Positions 1 to 9,648 of a DNA stretch of 64,000 bases are shown here, piece after piece. The stretch's first letter is position 1. Every line of letters starts with the position of its first letter. Source of the DNA: Bdellovibrionales bacterium (GTDB lineage: Bacteria; Bdellovibrionota; Bdellovibrionia; Bdellovibrionales; UBA1609); assembly GCA_965199825.1 (NCBI GenBank), contig OZ241329.1:480001-544000 (forward strand), given 5' to 3'. The position numbers and the translations under genes are program-made. The notes under the pieces are model-generated. The model worked only from the letters and a program-made list of their open reading frames with translations, made no database searches and had not been told where the DNA came from.

Positions 1-639
1 TTGATGGACCACCGTGATCTTTCCTTGCCACTGCGTTTGGCAAAAAGTTTGGGCCACCACCGTATTGAGAGCTGCAGCTCCTTGCGAGCCACCAAAAACC
101 AAAATGCGCAAAGGCGCGTGAGGCGAATAATTTGTTTTGTGAAGAGCATCAATCGGATCGCTTACAGGTAGGCCCACCGTTTGTGCCTTTGGCAGCGCAT
201 GAGGAAAAACCACAAACCGTCGTTTTACAAAACGCGACAAAATTCGGTTGGCAAGGCCTGCCACCGCATTGGGTTCCCAAATCATGGTTTCGCAAAATAA
301 AATGCGCGACATCAACAACAACGGCCCCGAAGCATGCCCGCCCACTCCCAACACAAACAGCGGACGATAGCGCAAAATCAACCAACAACTTTGAATTAAA
401 CTCAACGGAAGTTTTAAGAGTGTGAGCACACGTTCTGATCGCGAAACATTGCTATTGAGGCGACCAATCGACAAAAAGTGCAAAGGATATTGGGTGATGA
501 TTTTTTTTTCTAAACCCATCAATGTTCCAACAAAATGGATTTGGATATCCGGTCTGATTTTTTTAATCGCATCGGCCAACGCAAGTGCGGGATAGATGTG
601 ACCCCCAGTTCCGCCGGCCGCAATAAAAGCAGTCTTCAT
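1..639 (-). CDS. murG: Undecaprenyl-PP-MurNAc-pentapeptide N-acetylglucosaminyltransferase MurG (runs off the left edge)
   Basis: Manual translation from ATG at 639 (overlaps the ftsW stop): MKTAFIAAGGTGGHIYPA...WEPNAVAGLANR...ILVFGGSQGAAALN...VVHQ. Not in the ORF track because there is no stop inside the window. Confidence 0.95.
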   Translation of the reverse strand, partial: MKTAFIAAGGTGGHIYPALALADAIKKIRPDIQIHFVGTLMGLEKKIITQYPLHFLSIGRLNSNVSRSERVLTLLKLPLSLIQSCWLILRYRPLFVLGVGGHASGPLLLMSRILFCETMIWEPNAVAGLANRILSRFVKRRFVVFPHALPKAQTVGLPVSDPIDALHKTNYSPHAPLRILVFGGSQGAAALNTVVAQTFCQTQWQGKITVVHQ

Positions 640-1730
640 CTTGCCCGCCCGAGGTGTCGCTCAAAATTTAAGATTAATCCAAAGGCGAGACAGTTGCACA
701 AAAGAGAACTTCCGCCATAACTTAAAAACGGCAAAGTTAATCCTTTGGTGGGAAGAAGACCCATCACCACTCCCGCATTAATAAAAACACCAAAAAAGAA
801 AATCAGAATAAGTCCGAGTGCGGCTCCCCGCTCCCACTGATCCTGACAGCGAAGGGCCACCTGAAAGCCGCGAAAAATAAGTAGGCCATAGATCATCATC
901 AAAAAAGCAAATCCGACAAAACCAAGTTCTTCACCAAGAACAGCCAAGGTAAAATCGGTGTGCGCCTCGGGAAGAAAAAATAATTTCCCTTGTCCCTCAC
1001 CGAGTCCCGCCCCAAAAAATCGGCCAGAGTGAAATGTTAAAAGACTTTGAATCACCTGAAATCCTTTTTGACCAGGATCGGCCCACGGATCGATGTAGGC
1101 TTGCAGCCGCGCCATACGATAGGGCTTTTGCACCACCAAAAAATAAAATGCCGGAATCGCCATCAACCCACTAAACAGCATGTAGCGATAACTAAGGCCG
1201 TAAATGTAGAGCAAAAAGAATCCCACCAAAAAACACATGATGAGTGTTCCAAAGTCGGGCTGATAATGAAGCAAGACAAATGGAATCAGCAATGAGCAAC
1301 TCGCCGCAATTTTATAATAGGGATTTTTGGCGTGCCACAACAAGAGCATGGGCAAAACTAGCGAAAACGAAATCTTAAATAACTCAGCTGGTTCAAAACG
1401 CTGCGAAAATGGCAGCCTCAACCATCGGTGAGCTCCACCCGCCTTGACGGTGAGCGATGGTATAAAGGTCAGCATGATCCCCATGACCGCCACCGCGAAG
1501 AGAGCGAGCGAAAAGGATCTTAAGTATTTGCGCGGCATCAGCGCGCCAAAAGCCAGTAGGCCAATCCCTAAGAGGGCATAGATAAACTGTTTGCGAAAAA
1601 AATAGAGTCCATCTTCGTAGACTTCGGTGGCAAAAATAAAACTCGAGCTATAGACCTGGACCAGACCAAGGCCGATCAAAAAAAATACCGAGAGTAAAAT
1701 GGTTTTATCAAAGCCGCTATGAGGTCTCAC
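636..1730 (-). CDS. ftsW: Cell division SEDS peptidoglycan polymerase FtsW
   Basis: GAHRWL, EPAELFK, QPDFGT, LPEAHTDF, LPTKGLTLPFLSYGGSS motifs; lies between murD and murG. Confidence 0.95.
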   Translation of the reverse strand: MRPHSGFDKTILLSVFFLIGLGLVQVYSSSFIFATEVYEDGLYFFRKQFIYALLGIGLLAFGALMPRKYLRSFSLALFAVAVMGIMLTFIPSLTVKAGGAHRWLRLPFSQRFEPAELFKISFSLVLPMLLLWHAKNPYYKIAASCSLLIPFVLLHYQPDFGTLIMCFLVGFFLLYIYGLSYRYMLFSGLMAIPAFYFLVVQKPYRMARLQAYIDPWADPGQKGFQVIQSLLTFHSGRFFGAGLGEGQGKLFFLPEAHTDFTLAVLGEELGFVGFAFLMMIYGLLIFRGFQVALRCQDQWERGAALGLILIFFFGVFINAGVVMGLLPTKGLTLPFLSYGGSSLLCNCLAFGLILNFERHLGRAR

Positions 1731-1771
1731 ACCTTAACGGTATGCGACCCCAGGGGTTAAGGGCAATGGGA

Positions 1772-3154
1772 TTACTTGAACTTGTTCACAATTTCTTTAA
1801 AGTAATTTCCGCGCTCGACATAGCTATCAAAGATATCAAAACTCGACGCGCCCGGTGCGAGCAGCACAGTGTCGCCAATTCGTGATTTTTGATACGCAAT
1901 CAAAACAGCCTCTTCAAAAGTTCCGATCAAAAAGGTTTCCGAAAAGTCGCCGATATCGCGATTGATCCGCTCTTTGGCTTCGCCCACAAGGATCAAAGTC
2001 TTAACCCGTTTTTGAATTCGATCTTTGAGAGGTAAATAATTAAGGTTTGTATCCTTACCGCCCATAATCAAGATCACATTTTCTTCAAAGGCATCAAGAG
2101 CCCGCATCACCGCATGAACGTTGGTGGCTTTTGAATCGTTATAGAATTCAACCCCGCCCACTTTGCGCACATACTCAAGACGATGCGCCATTCCGCGATA
2201 AGAATCGATCACACGTTGAATCACATCGTGTTTTCCACCGTGTTCACGCGCCGACAAGATGGCCGCCATAATATTTTCGTAAGCGTGGCGCCCCTTCATC
2301 TTGGTGTTCGCAACCGAGTAGTACTCAATCTCAGGCCCGGTGCGCACGCGCACTTGGTCTTTAATGGTTACCGCACCACCGATGTTCATAATTTGTGGCT
2401 CAAGTGTGGGCTTGCGCGAAAAATAAAAGATCCGTCCACGTTGAACCGCAGGATCGCGCGCAAGTTCTACTACTGCATTGTCATCCGCGTTGAGGATGCT
2501 GGTCGTAGCTTGATTGGTATTTAAAAAGATTTTTCGCTTGGCATTCACATACTCTTCCATCGAGCGATAGCGATCCAAATGATTTTCGGCCAAATTGGTA
2601 AACACAATATTTTGTGGAGTAAATTTGTCGACGTGCTCGAGCATAAAACTCGACACTTCGACCACACACACTTTTGCTTTTTTCTCAGAGGATAAATATT
2701 GGCTTAAAGGCTCACCGTAGTTTCCACCAATCCAAACATCAATCCCCGACTCCTTTAAAAATGTGTAGGTCAGATGCGCGGTTGTTGTTTTTCCGTTGGT
2801 GCCGGTGATTGCGATCATGGGCTCTTTGATAAACTGCGCACAAAATTCGAATTCACCTGTGACACGCACACCTTGTGACCGTGCATATTCAAAAATTTTG
2901 AGATGCGGCGGAACACCCGGGCTCAACACAATCACATCTTGTTGCAAAAATGTTTTTGGAGTGTGACCACCAAGCTCAAGTTGAACATTCATGCCTTCAA
3001 CAGTTTCGAGCGAGCCTGCAAGTTCGGCTTTTGATTTGTGATCACTGATCGTAACGAGGGCTCCCTTAGACGACAAGAATCGCGCAAGCGACACTCCCGT
3101 TTTTGCAAGACCCACAATCAAAATACGTTTACCCTGAACTTCCGAAATTTCCAT
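1772..3154 (-). CDS. murD: UDP-MurNAc-L-Ala-D-glutamate ligase MurD
   Basis: ITGTNGKTTT, HLDRY, HRLE, NDSKATN, GGKD motifs; dcw context. Confidence 0.97.
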   Translation of the reverse strand: MEISEVQGKRILIVGLAKTGVSLARFLSSKGALVTISDHKSKAELAGSLETVEGMNVQLELGGHTPKTFLQQDVIVLSPGVPPHLKIFEYARSQGVRVTGEFEFCAQFIKEPMIAITGTNGKTTTAHLTYTFLKESGIDVWIGGNYGEPLSQYLSSEKKAKVCVVEVSSFMLEHVDKFTPQNIVFTNLAENHLDRYRSMEEYVNAKRKIFLNTNQATTSILNADDNAVVELARDPAVQRGRIFYFSRKPTLEPQIMNIGGAVTIKDQVRVRTGPEIEYYSVANTKMKGRHAYENIMAAILSAREHGGKHDVIQRVIDSYRGMAHRLEYVRKVGGVEFYNDSKATNVHAVMRALDAFEENVILIMGGKDTNLNYLPLKDRIQKRVKTLILVGEAKERINRDIGDFSETFLIGTFEEAVLIAYQKSRIGDTVLLAPGASSFDIFDSYVERGNYFKEIVNKFK

Positions 3155-3155
3155 T

Positions 3156-4232
3156 TTACCTCAATTTCAATGTGCTAAGACAAAGTACTGCGAGCAGGAT
3201 CGAAATGATCCAAAATCGCACAATTATTTTTGTTTCGGTTAACCCTTTTAATTCAAAATGATGATGGATCGGCGCCATCTTAAAAATACGTTTGCCGGTG
3301 AGCTTAAATGAAATCACTTGGGTGATAACCGAAAGTGCCTCCACCACAAAAACGCCACCGAGCACAATCAACAAAAGTTCGTTCTGTGTGATCACCGCAA
3401 TGGTTCCCAAAAATCCACCAAGAGCAAGCGATCCCACATCACCCATAAATACTTGCGCCGGATAAGCATTGAACCACAAAAACCCAAGCCCCGAGGCAAT
3501 CATCGCCGCAGACAATCCGGTCAATTCGCCCGCGCCAAAAATATATGGAATCCCTAAGTACTGCGCCATGCGAAAGTTGCCGGCGAGATACGCAAAAATC
3601 ATCAGCGTCATCGCCGCAATAATCACGGGCACGATGGCCAACCCATCAAGCCCATCGGTTAAGTTCACCGCGTTGGCACAGCCAACAATAACGAGTGAAG
3701 CAAAGGGCACATAAAACCAACCCAGATGCAGCGAGAAATTTTTAAAAAACGGAACATACAAATCAGCCGGCAAAGAATTTTCATGAACAAGCCAGCCAAT
3801 GATCGCCGCCGAAATCGCAAACTCAATCAGCAGGCGAACCCTACCAGGCAACCCGCGATGATTTTTTTTGCTCACTTTAAAATAATCGTCAGCATATCCA
3901 ACAAGACCAAAACCGAGAGTGACCGCGATCACCGCCCACACCAGTGGATTAAAAAGATCGACCCATAAGATTGATGAGATCAGAAAGCTGAACATGATCA
4001 ACCCCCCACCCATCGTCGGAGTGCCCGCTTTTTTCTTGTGAGATTCGGGCCCATCGTCGCGAATGCTCTGACCCATTTGGCGTTCGATCAGCCGCCGAAT
4101 AAAAAACGGCCCCACCATCCAGCAAACCAAAAAGCCAGTAAAGAAAGCCAGAAAAGAGCGAAATGTGATGTAGCGAAAAACATTAAAGATCGAGTAGGTG
4201 TCGGACAATTGATACAAAAAGTGCCAAAGCAT
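3156..4232 (-). CDS. mraY: Phospho-N-acetylmuramoyl-pentapeptide transferase MraY
   Basis: [37 protein letters not shown] motifs. Confidence 0.98.
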   Translation of the reverse strand: MLWHFLYQLSDTYSIFNVFRYITFRSFLAFFTGFLVCWMVGPFFIRRLIERQMGQSIRDDGPESHKKKAGTPTMGGGLIMFSFLISSILWVDLFNPLVWAVIAVTLGFGLVGYADDYFKVSKKNHRGLPGRVRLLIEFAISAAIIGWLVHENSLPADLYVPFFKNFSLHLGWFYVPFASLVIVGCANAVNLTDGLDGLAIVPVIIAAMTLMIFAYLAGNFRMAQYLGIPYIFGAGELTGLSAAMIASGLGFLWFNAYPAQVFMGDVGSLALGGFLGTIAVITQNELLLIVLGGVFVVEALSVITQVISFKLTGKRIFKMAPIHHHFELKGLTETKIIVRFWIISILLAVLCLSTLKLR

Positions 4233-4399
4233 GTGGTCTCACGTCTTTAAAAAAGAATTTAAGCGGAAAGCCGGTGATACCATATCGTATGATTTGAACG
4301 CAATAAAAAGTTTATAAGTATATGGCTTTGCTAGGGTTTTTGCCGTTTTTTAGGATGCTCGGCGGGGCGTGTACGAAGGTATGATCGTGCTTGTTTTGC

Positions 4400-4723
4400 G
4401 GGCACGACAGTTTTGCGGGCACGACAGTTTGTGGGCACGACAGATTGTGGGCACGACAGATTGTGGGCACGACAGATTGTGGGCACGACAGATTGTGGGC
4501 ACGACAGATTGTGGGCACGACAGATTGTGGGCACGACAGATTGTGGGCACGACAGATTGTGGGCACGACAGATTGTGGGCACGACAGATTGTGGGCACGA
4601 CAGATTGTGGGCACGACAGATTGTGGGCACGACGAGTTTTGTGGGCACGACGAGTTTTGTGGGCACGACGAGTTTTGTGGGCACGACGAGTTTTGTGGGC
4701 ACGACGAGTTTTGTGGGCACGAC
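4400..4723. repeat. Minisatellite: 20 tandem copies of core GGGCACGA in 16-18 bp units
   Basis: Cores start at 4400, 4417, 4433 and then every 16 bp to 4625 (unit GGGCACGACAGATTGT x12), then every 18 bp to 4715 (unit GGGCACGACGAGTTTTGT x5). An inverted partial copy TCGTGC lies at 4385-4390. Confidence 0.97.
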
Positions 4724-4818
4724 CAATTCACACTTCATTGTGGATCCGCTTTAACCAATAAACGGGAAACACAAATCGTTTAAAAAATTCTCTACAATTG
4801 AACGATCCTCAGTGTTTA

Positions 4819-4834
4819 TGGCTTTTGTATTGCT
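4819..4834 (+). promoter_or_regulatory. Putative sigma54 (-24/-12) promoter for the first protease gene
   Basis: TGGCTTTTGTATTGCT has exact GG-N10-GC spacing; near-identical copy at 9605-9620. Confidence 0.6.
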
Positions 4835-4861
4835 AATCCATTCTTAATGGGAAATAGGAAC

Positions 4862-5839
4862 ATGATCAGAAATTCGATAACTGTCTTACTTTTTGTCAGT
4901 CCTATTTTCACTTCAGCCACAAGCCCCTCGCTCAGTGCAGTGAGAACCCAATGGTTAAAAAAATCTGATACTCAAATTCAACATTTTGGATCACAAAACT
5001 CAGGCAGAAATTCCTCATCTCAACAAGGCGACGACAATTTGCGGCAAAATGTCGATCTTCTCACACGAGGACAATGTCACATTCGAAGAGCCACCGCGAA
5101 AGAGGATGCTTATTTTTCTGCAATTGTTGCCGTCGATGGCTCCATCAAAGGCGAAACTGGGCAGTTTGTGTACAATGATGAAGTCGGAGTTTCGGCAAAT
5201 AATTCTCGATTCGTTTTGACCGCGCTCCACGCCTTGAAAGACAAAGATGGAAAATTCCCTACCATCGATCCTTTTTCTAACAAAATCGATCCAAGTATTT
5301 TGAAGATCCATGTTCAAGGCTGTTCAACAGATCAAAAAGTTATTGCCATTTGCACGGCCAACGGAAATTTAAAAGATCAAAAAAATGATTACGCTTATCT
5401 GGTTTTGGATAAATCAAAATGCAATATAAAGCCTAAAGCTATTACTCTTAAGCCAGCATTGAGAAGTGCTGTCGACACGTGTCCCAAGATACATGTGGCA
5501 TGTTCACTGACCCCTGGCCTGGAATGTGGAACCGCACAAAATCGGAATGAACTTACTGAATATAATGCGATCAGTACAAATATCGCCGGACGACGATTAT
5601 TTTTTGGTGATGGCAAGGTTGAGGTGACATACGAAGACTCCTCATTTGTTTATGATGCAGACGCCGCTAACACTTGCAGTGGCGGCGCAGTCATTTGTTC
5701 TAATCAAAACTCTTCGACTCTCATAGGAGTTCATCGGGGTGGTTATTCAAAGTCAGCAAACTTCGGTTTGCAAATTCATCAAGGTATGATCGACACATTA
5801 CAAAATTGCAGCGAGCAGATGAAAGAAAATAAAATATGA
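4862..5839 (+). CDS. Secreted trypsin-like (S1/V8-like) serine protease, copy 1
   Basis: Signal peptide; triad motifs VLTALH, NDYAY, NTCSGG, then LIGVH. Start placed at ATG 4862 after AGGAA (ORF track starts at 4847). Confidence 0.8.
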   Translation: MIRNSITVLLFVSPIFTSATSPSLSAVRTQWLKKSDTQIQHFGSQNSGRNSSSQQGDDNLRQNVDLLTRGQCHIRRATAKEDAYFSAIVAVDGSIKGETGQFVYNDEVGVSANNSRFVLTALHALKDKDGKFPTIDPFSNKIDPSILKIHVQGCSTDQKVIAICTANGNLKDQKNDYAYLVLDKSKCNIKPKAITLKPALRSAVDTCPKIHVACSLTPGLECGTAQNRNELTEYNAISTNIAGRRLFFGDGKVEVTYEDSSFVYDADAANTCSGGAVICSNQNSSTLIGVHRGGYSKSANFGLQIHQGMIDTLQNCSEQMKENKI

Positions 5840-6882
5840 AAAATTTAAATAACTTTTCGGAATTCTTACTGAGTATCGCTCAAAATAAAAAATTACGGAT
5901 AACTAAAATTTTGTTTACCCTATTACTTTTTGCCAACCCTGGGTCTGCTTCTGCATTTCAAACTTCCTTTGTTGGCTTTAACGATGTGCTCTCTTCCTCA
6001 ATTCAAAATTCAAAATTAATTGTGGATGCTGACGAAGTTGAAAATGGCAATCGCTTTAGAAATTCGATAAATCAGGTGAGCCTACTTCGTCGTGGACAGT
6101 GTTCGATCAGAAGAGCCTCGAGCCAAGAGGACAACTTATATTCAGCAATCGTTCCTATCAACGCACCAGCTACTACAGCAACAGGTCAAATAGTTCAGGC
6201 CGAAAGCTCTCTGCCATCAGACCCTACAATTGTGATGACTGCTCTACACACATTTGCCGCAAACCAAAAAGGAGCTCAACCCCCAGTCAATCCAATTTCT
6301 GGCGGAATTAATCCAAATTTATTTAAGATCAAGGTTAAAGGATGTGCGAAAGATCAAAAAGTCGTTGCTGCATGTAAACCTCCGCCTGAAACAAGTGGTG
6401 CTAGCAATGATTATATTTTTTTAGTTCTGGAAAAATCTGAATGCCAAAAGCAAGTTCAACCATTTCAAATTCAAGCAGTTGAAAAACAAGATGTTCGCAG
6501 CTGTCCTAAAATTCACGTTGCATGTTCTCTAACTCCAGGTTTTGAATGTGGTACCAAAAAAGATAGAGACAATCTTGACGATTATGCAGCTGCCACATCA
6601 GACCTCTTGTCGAGAAAATTGTTTTTTGGCGACGGGCAGATTGAAAGCGTCAAAGATTATAATCAAGTTTTCCAATATTTTGCAGATACTGCTGACGGTT
6701 GTAGCGGTGGAATTGTAACATGTGATTATGGCAACGGTGCTTCGCTAATTGGAATTCATACCGGTGAAAGTGAGCATCCAGGAGATACCAAAGCTACTTC
6801 GAATGCAGGCGCAATAATTCATAGCGGTATGATTCAGACTTTGAAAGATTGCACTCGTCTCATGCGCCAACACATCAAATAA
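5836..6882 (+). CDS. Secreted trypsin-like serine protease, copy 2
   Basis: VMTALH, NDYIF, DGCSGG, LIGIH. The position homologous to the paralogs' ATG is ATA (5899), so the start is uncertain. Confidence 0.78.
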   Translation: MKNLNNFSEFLLSIAQNKKLRITKILFTLLLFANPGSASAFQTSFVGFNDVLSSSIQNSKLIVDADEVENGNRFRNSINQVSLLRRGQCSIRRASSQEDNLYSAIVPINAPATTATGQIVQAESSLPSDPTIVMTALHTFAANQKGAQPPVNPISGGINPNLFKIKVKGCAKDQKVVAACKPPPETSGASNDYIFLVLEKSECQKQVQPFQIQAVEKQDVRSCPKIHVACSLTPGFECGTKKDRDNLDDYAAATSDLLSRKLFFGDGQIESVKDYNQVFQYFADTADGCSGGIVTCDYGNGASLIGIHTGESEHPGDTKATSNAGAIIHSGMIQTLKDCTRLMRQHIK

Positions 6883-6955
6883 CAAACAGTGGTTACGGCA
6901 GGTCAATTTCGTGACCTTAATAATGCTAGTAAGAGTAAAAAGGATTAATTCGCGA

Positions 6956-7954
6956 ATGATAAATTTAGTTTTTAATATCTTATTTTTTGCCAATCCTGGC
7001 ATTGCTTCAGCGATGAACTCTTCGATCAATGGTTTACACGGTATGCTGGATGCCCCTGGTCAAAACCAAAATCTAGTGATTTGGAATTACGAAGGCTCAC
7101 ACCCCGAAACGGAACAAGCTCAACACCTCTAGGTTGGTGTCACTCTTCACACTAAAGGCCAATGCAATATTAAACCGGCTAACCCTTTCGACAAAGAATT
7201 TTTCTCAGGACTTGTTGCTATTAATGGCCCTTTCATCAATGGAACAGGGCAACTTGTTTATAATGATGAGCTTGGTGTCCCCGAAGATGGCCCTCAATTC
7301 GTCCTTACCGCTCTCCATGTAATGAGAGACATTTCTCCGAATCAAAAACTGCCAACAATCGATTCTCAAACTGCAGCCGTCAAACCCAACGTTGCCAAGA
7401 TTCACATTCCAGGTTGTGACAAAGATCAAAGAGTTACAGCAATCTGTACGCCTCAAGTCAGTTCTGATCTGAAGGATGTAACAAACGATTATGTGTTTTT
7501 AGCTGTGGAAAAATCAAACTGCCAAAAGAAAGTTCACCCGCTCGAAATGAAAAGAATGGATAAAAAGACAATTCGAAATTGTAGGCAAATTCGAATAGGG
7601 CAGGTATTAAATCCAGGATCTGAGTGCGGCACTGCTGAAAATAGAAACAACTTAACGAGCTATTCAGCAGCAAGCGGCAAAATATCAGATAGAAATTTGT
7701 TTATAACCGACAGTGAGATTTATCACCTCAACGATGGCAACGATCTAATATTTTATAAAGCCGATACGACTCAGAGTACGAGAGGCGGTGGACTTTTTTG
7801 TGACGGAGGCGCCAATCGAGGTACACTCATTGGAGTTCACAGGGGCGAGGGTGAGCAAGAGACGAACCAAGGACTGGTTATCAATAAGGCGATGGAAGAC
7901 ACTCTAAAAAAATGCGCTGAACTATTCCGAGCAACTGAAAAATCCACTAAATAA
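6956..7954 (+). pseudogene. Trypsin-like protease copy 3, with an in-frame TAG and no catalytic Ser
   Basis: One frame from ATG 6956 to 7954 broken only by TAG at 7130-7132 (AAG/Lys in copy 6); Ser motif reads TQSTRGGG versus TQGGSGSG in copy 4. Confidence 0.85.
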
Positions 7955-8049
7955 AATTAACTCCCGCGAACTCTTTGATCATTGTGTTCATTGATTTCAC
8001 TATTCTGGCCTTTTTTAAACTGCAGCTCTTACTCATTAGAAAGTTACGC

Positions 8050-9057
8050 ATGACTAAAATTTTGTTTACTACACTACTTTGTGCCAATCCTGTTTTTGCT
8101 TCAGCGATGAATTCTTCGATTGTTGGGTTGCACGACGTTCTCAGTGCGTCGTTTCATAAAGACAACTTTGTTGCGCGTGGGTGTGCAAGTTCTCAAGCTG
8201 AAGATAAAATAAGACAACCTGGACAGTTAAAAATTGAAACTGTTAGTTTACATACTCGAGGACAATGCGCCATTCGATCGGCAACTTCCGTCCAAAACGA
8301 AGTGTATTCGGGCATAGTTGGAATCGATGGACCTATTGGAGCTGGCACTGGACAACTAGTTTATAATGATGATCTTGGTGTTCCAGAAAATGGAACTAGA
8401 TTTGTTTTAACTGCGATTCACGTTATGGGAGACAATACGGTCAACAAAACGTTACCTTCAATTGATGCTAAGAGTGGAAAAATTAATCCAAATATTGCAA
8501 AGGTCCATATACGAGGTTGTGCAAAAGATCAAAAAGTTGTCGCTATCTGCAAACCACCAAGCAGTCATAAAAATGTTAACTTTGATTATGGTTTTTTAGT
8601 TCTTGAAAAGTCTGATTGCCAAAAGAAAGCTCAGCCACTTCGCATAGCAAAAGTTGAAAAACAAGAAGCTCAAAATTGTAGTCATATTCGTGTACCCCAA
8701 GTTTTGAATCAAGGAATGGAATGTGGGACAGCGGAAAACCGAGATAAGCTTTCTGAATATAATGGAGCAGCAGGGCCCTTGGCTGAAAGGAAATTATATA
8801 TCGGCGAAGGTGACATGTATCACGTTAACCAAGGAGATAATCAAATTTTCTATAAAGTAGACACAACACAGGGAGGTAGTGGTAGCGGAATATTCTGTGA
8901 TGATGGGAGTAATCGGCCTACTTTGATTGGTGTGCATCGAGGGGACGGACCACCTGGCAGTGAAACTAATCAAGGCGTAATTATAAATGAAGGTATAACC
9001 GAAACTCTTAAAAAATGCGCTGAGCAAACTCGAGATAAACTAAGTGAGCAAAACTAA
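8050..9057 (+). CDS. Secreted trypsin-like serine protease, copy 4
   Basis: MTKILFTTLLCANPVFASA signal; VLTAIH, FDYGF, GGSGSG, LIGVH. Confidence 0.82.
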   Translation: MTKILFTTLLCANPVFASAMNSSIVGLHDVLSASFHKDNFVARGCASSQAEDKIRQPGQLKIETVSLHTRGQCAIRSATSVQNEVYSGIVGIDGPIGAGTGQLVYNDDLGVPENGTRFVLTAIHVMGDNTVNKTLPSIDAKSGKINPNIAKVHIRGCAKDQKVVAICKPPSSHKNVNFDYGFLVLEKSDCQKKAQPLRIAKVEKQEAQNCSHIRVPQVLNQGMECGTAENRDKLSEYNGAAGPLAERKLYIGEGDMYHVNQGDNQIFYKVDTTQGGSGSGIFCDDGSNRPTLIGVHRGDGPPGSETNQGVIINEGITETLKKCAEQTRDKLSEQN

Positions 9058-9572
9058 GCAGACCAAAAAGTCATCGCAGCTTGTCCACCGCCTTCTCAGT
9101 TAAGTGGAGTAAGTTACGATTATGTTTATCTAGTCCTTGAAAAAAACGACTGTCAAAAAACTGCCCAACCCTTTCAGTTACAAGCTGTCGAGAAACAAGA
9201 CGTTAGAAATTGTCCAAAAATTAATGTTTCATGTGTACTGACGCCCGGCCAAGAGTGTGGAACTAAAAAAAACAGAGAGGAACTTACACCGTATTTTGCG
9301 ACCGCTCAAAACATGACAAATCGAAAAATTTATTTTGGTGAGGGAAAAGTTGAGAGTGTGAAAGATTATAGTGATTATTTTACTTATACCGCAGATACGA
9401 CAGGCGGCTGTAGCGGTGGTTTGGTTACATGTGATTACGGAATTCTGCGTCGCTGATGGGAATTCATTCTGGCGAAGAAACAAATACGACAAACAACGGC
9501 GCGATTATACATAAAGGCATGATTGAGACTTTAAGAAGCTGTGTTCAGCGCATGCGCGCGCAAACCAAATAA
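9058..9572 (+). pseudogene. Trypsin-like protease copy 5, 5'-truncated and frameshifted
   Basis: Manual translation DQKVIAACPPP...YDYVYLVLEK...GGCSGGLVTCDYG, frameshift near 9441, then NSASLMGIHSGE...QTK stop. Closest to copy 2; lacks the signal peptide and His motif. Confidence 0.85.
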
Positions 9573-9604
9573 AGACTTACGTTCAAAACATTACCAAAAT
9601 TTCG

Positions 9605-9620
9605 TGGCCTTTGTATTGCT
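9605..9620 (+). promoter_or_regulatory. Putative sigma54 promoter for protease copy 6
   Basis: TGGCCTTTGTATTGCT, exact -24/-12 spacing. Confidence 0.6.
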
Positions 9621-9648
9621 AATCCCTATGGCAATGATAAAGTTTCGT

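Noticed and set aside
132..720. Short ORFs listed at the window start
   Set aside because: They are shadow frames of murG and ftsW.
4312..4783. Repetitive ORFs (SCPQ.., CGHD.., WARQ..) on both strands
   Set aside because: They arise because the minisatellite lacks stop codons; no RBS or other coding signal.
7130..7132. Programmed amber readthrough or alternative genetic code
   Set aside because: TAG ends other intact genes here (dsbD, smpB, the GT9 gene), and this copy has other inactivating changes.
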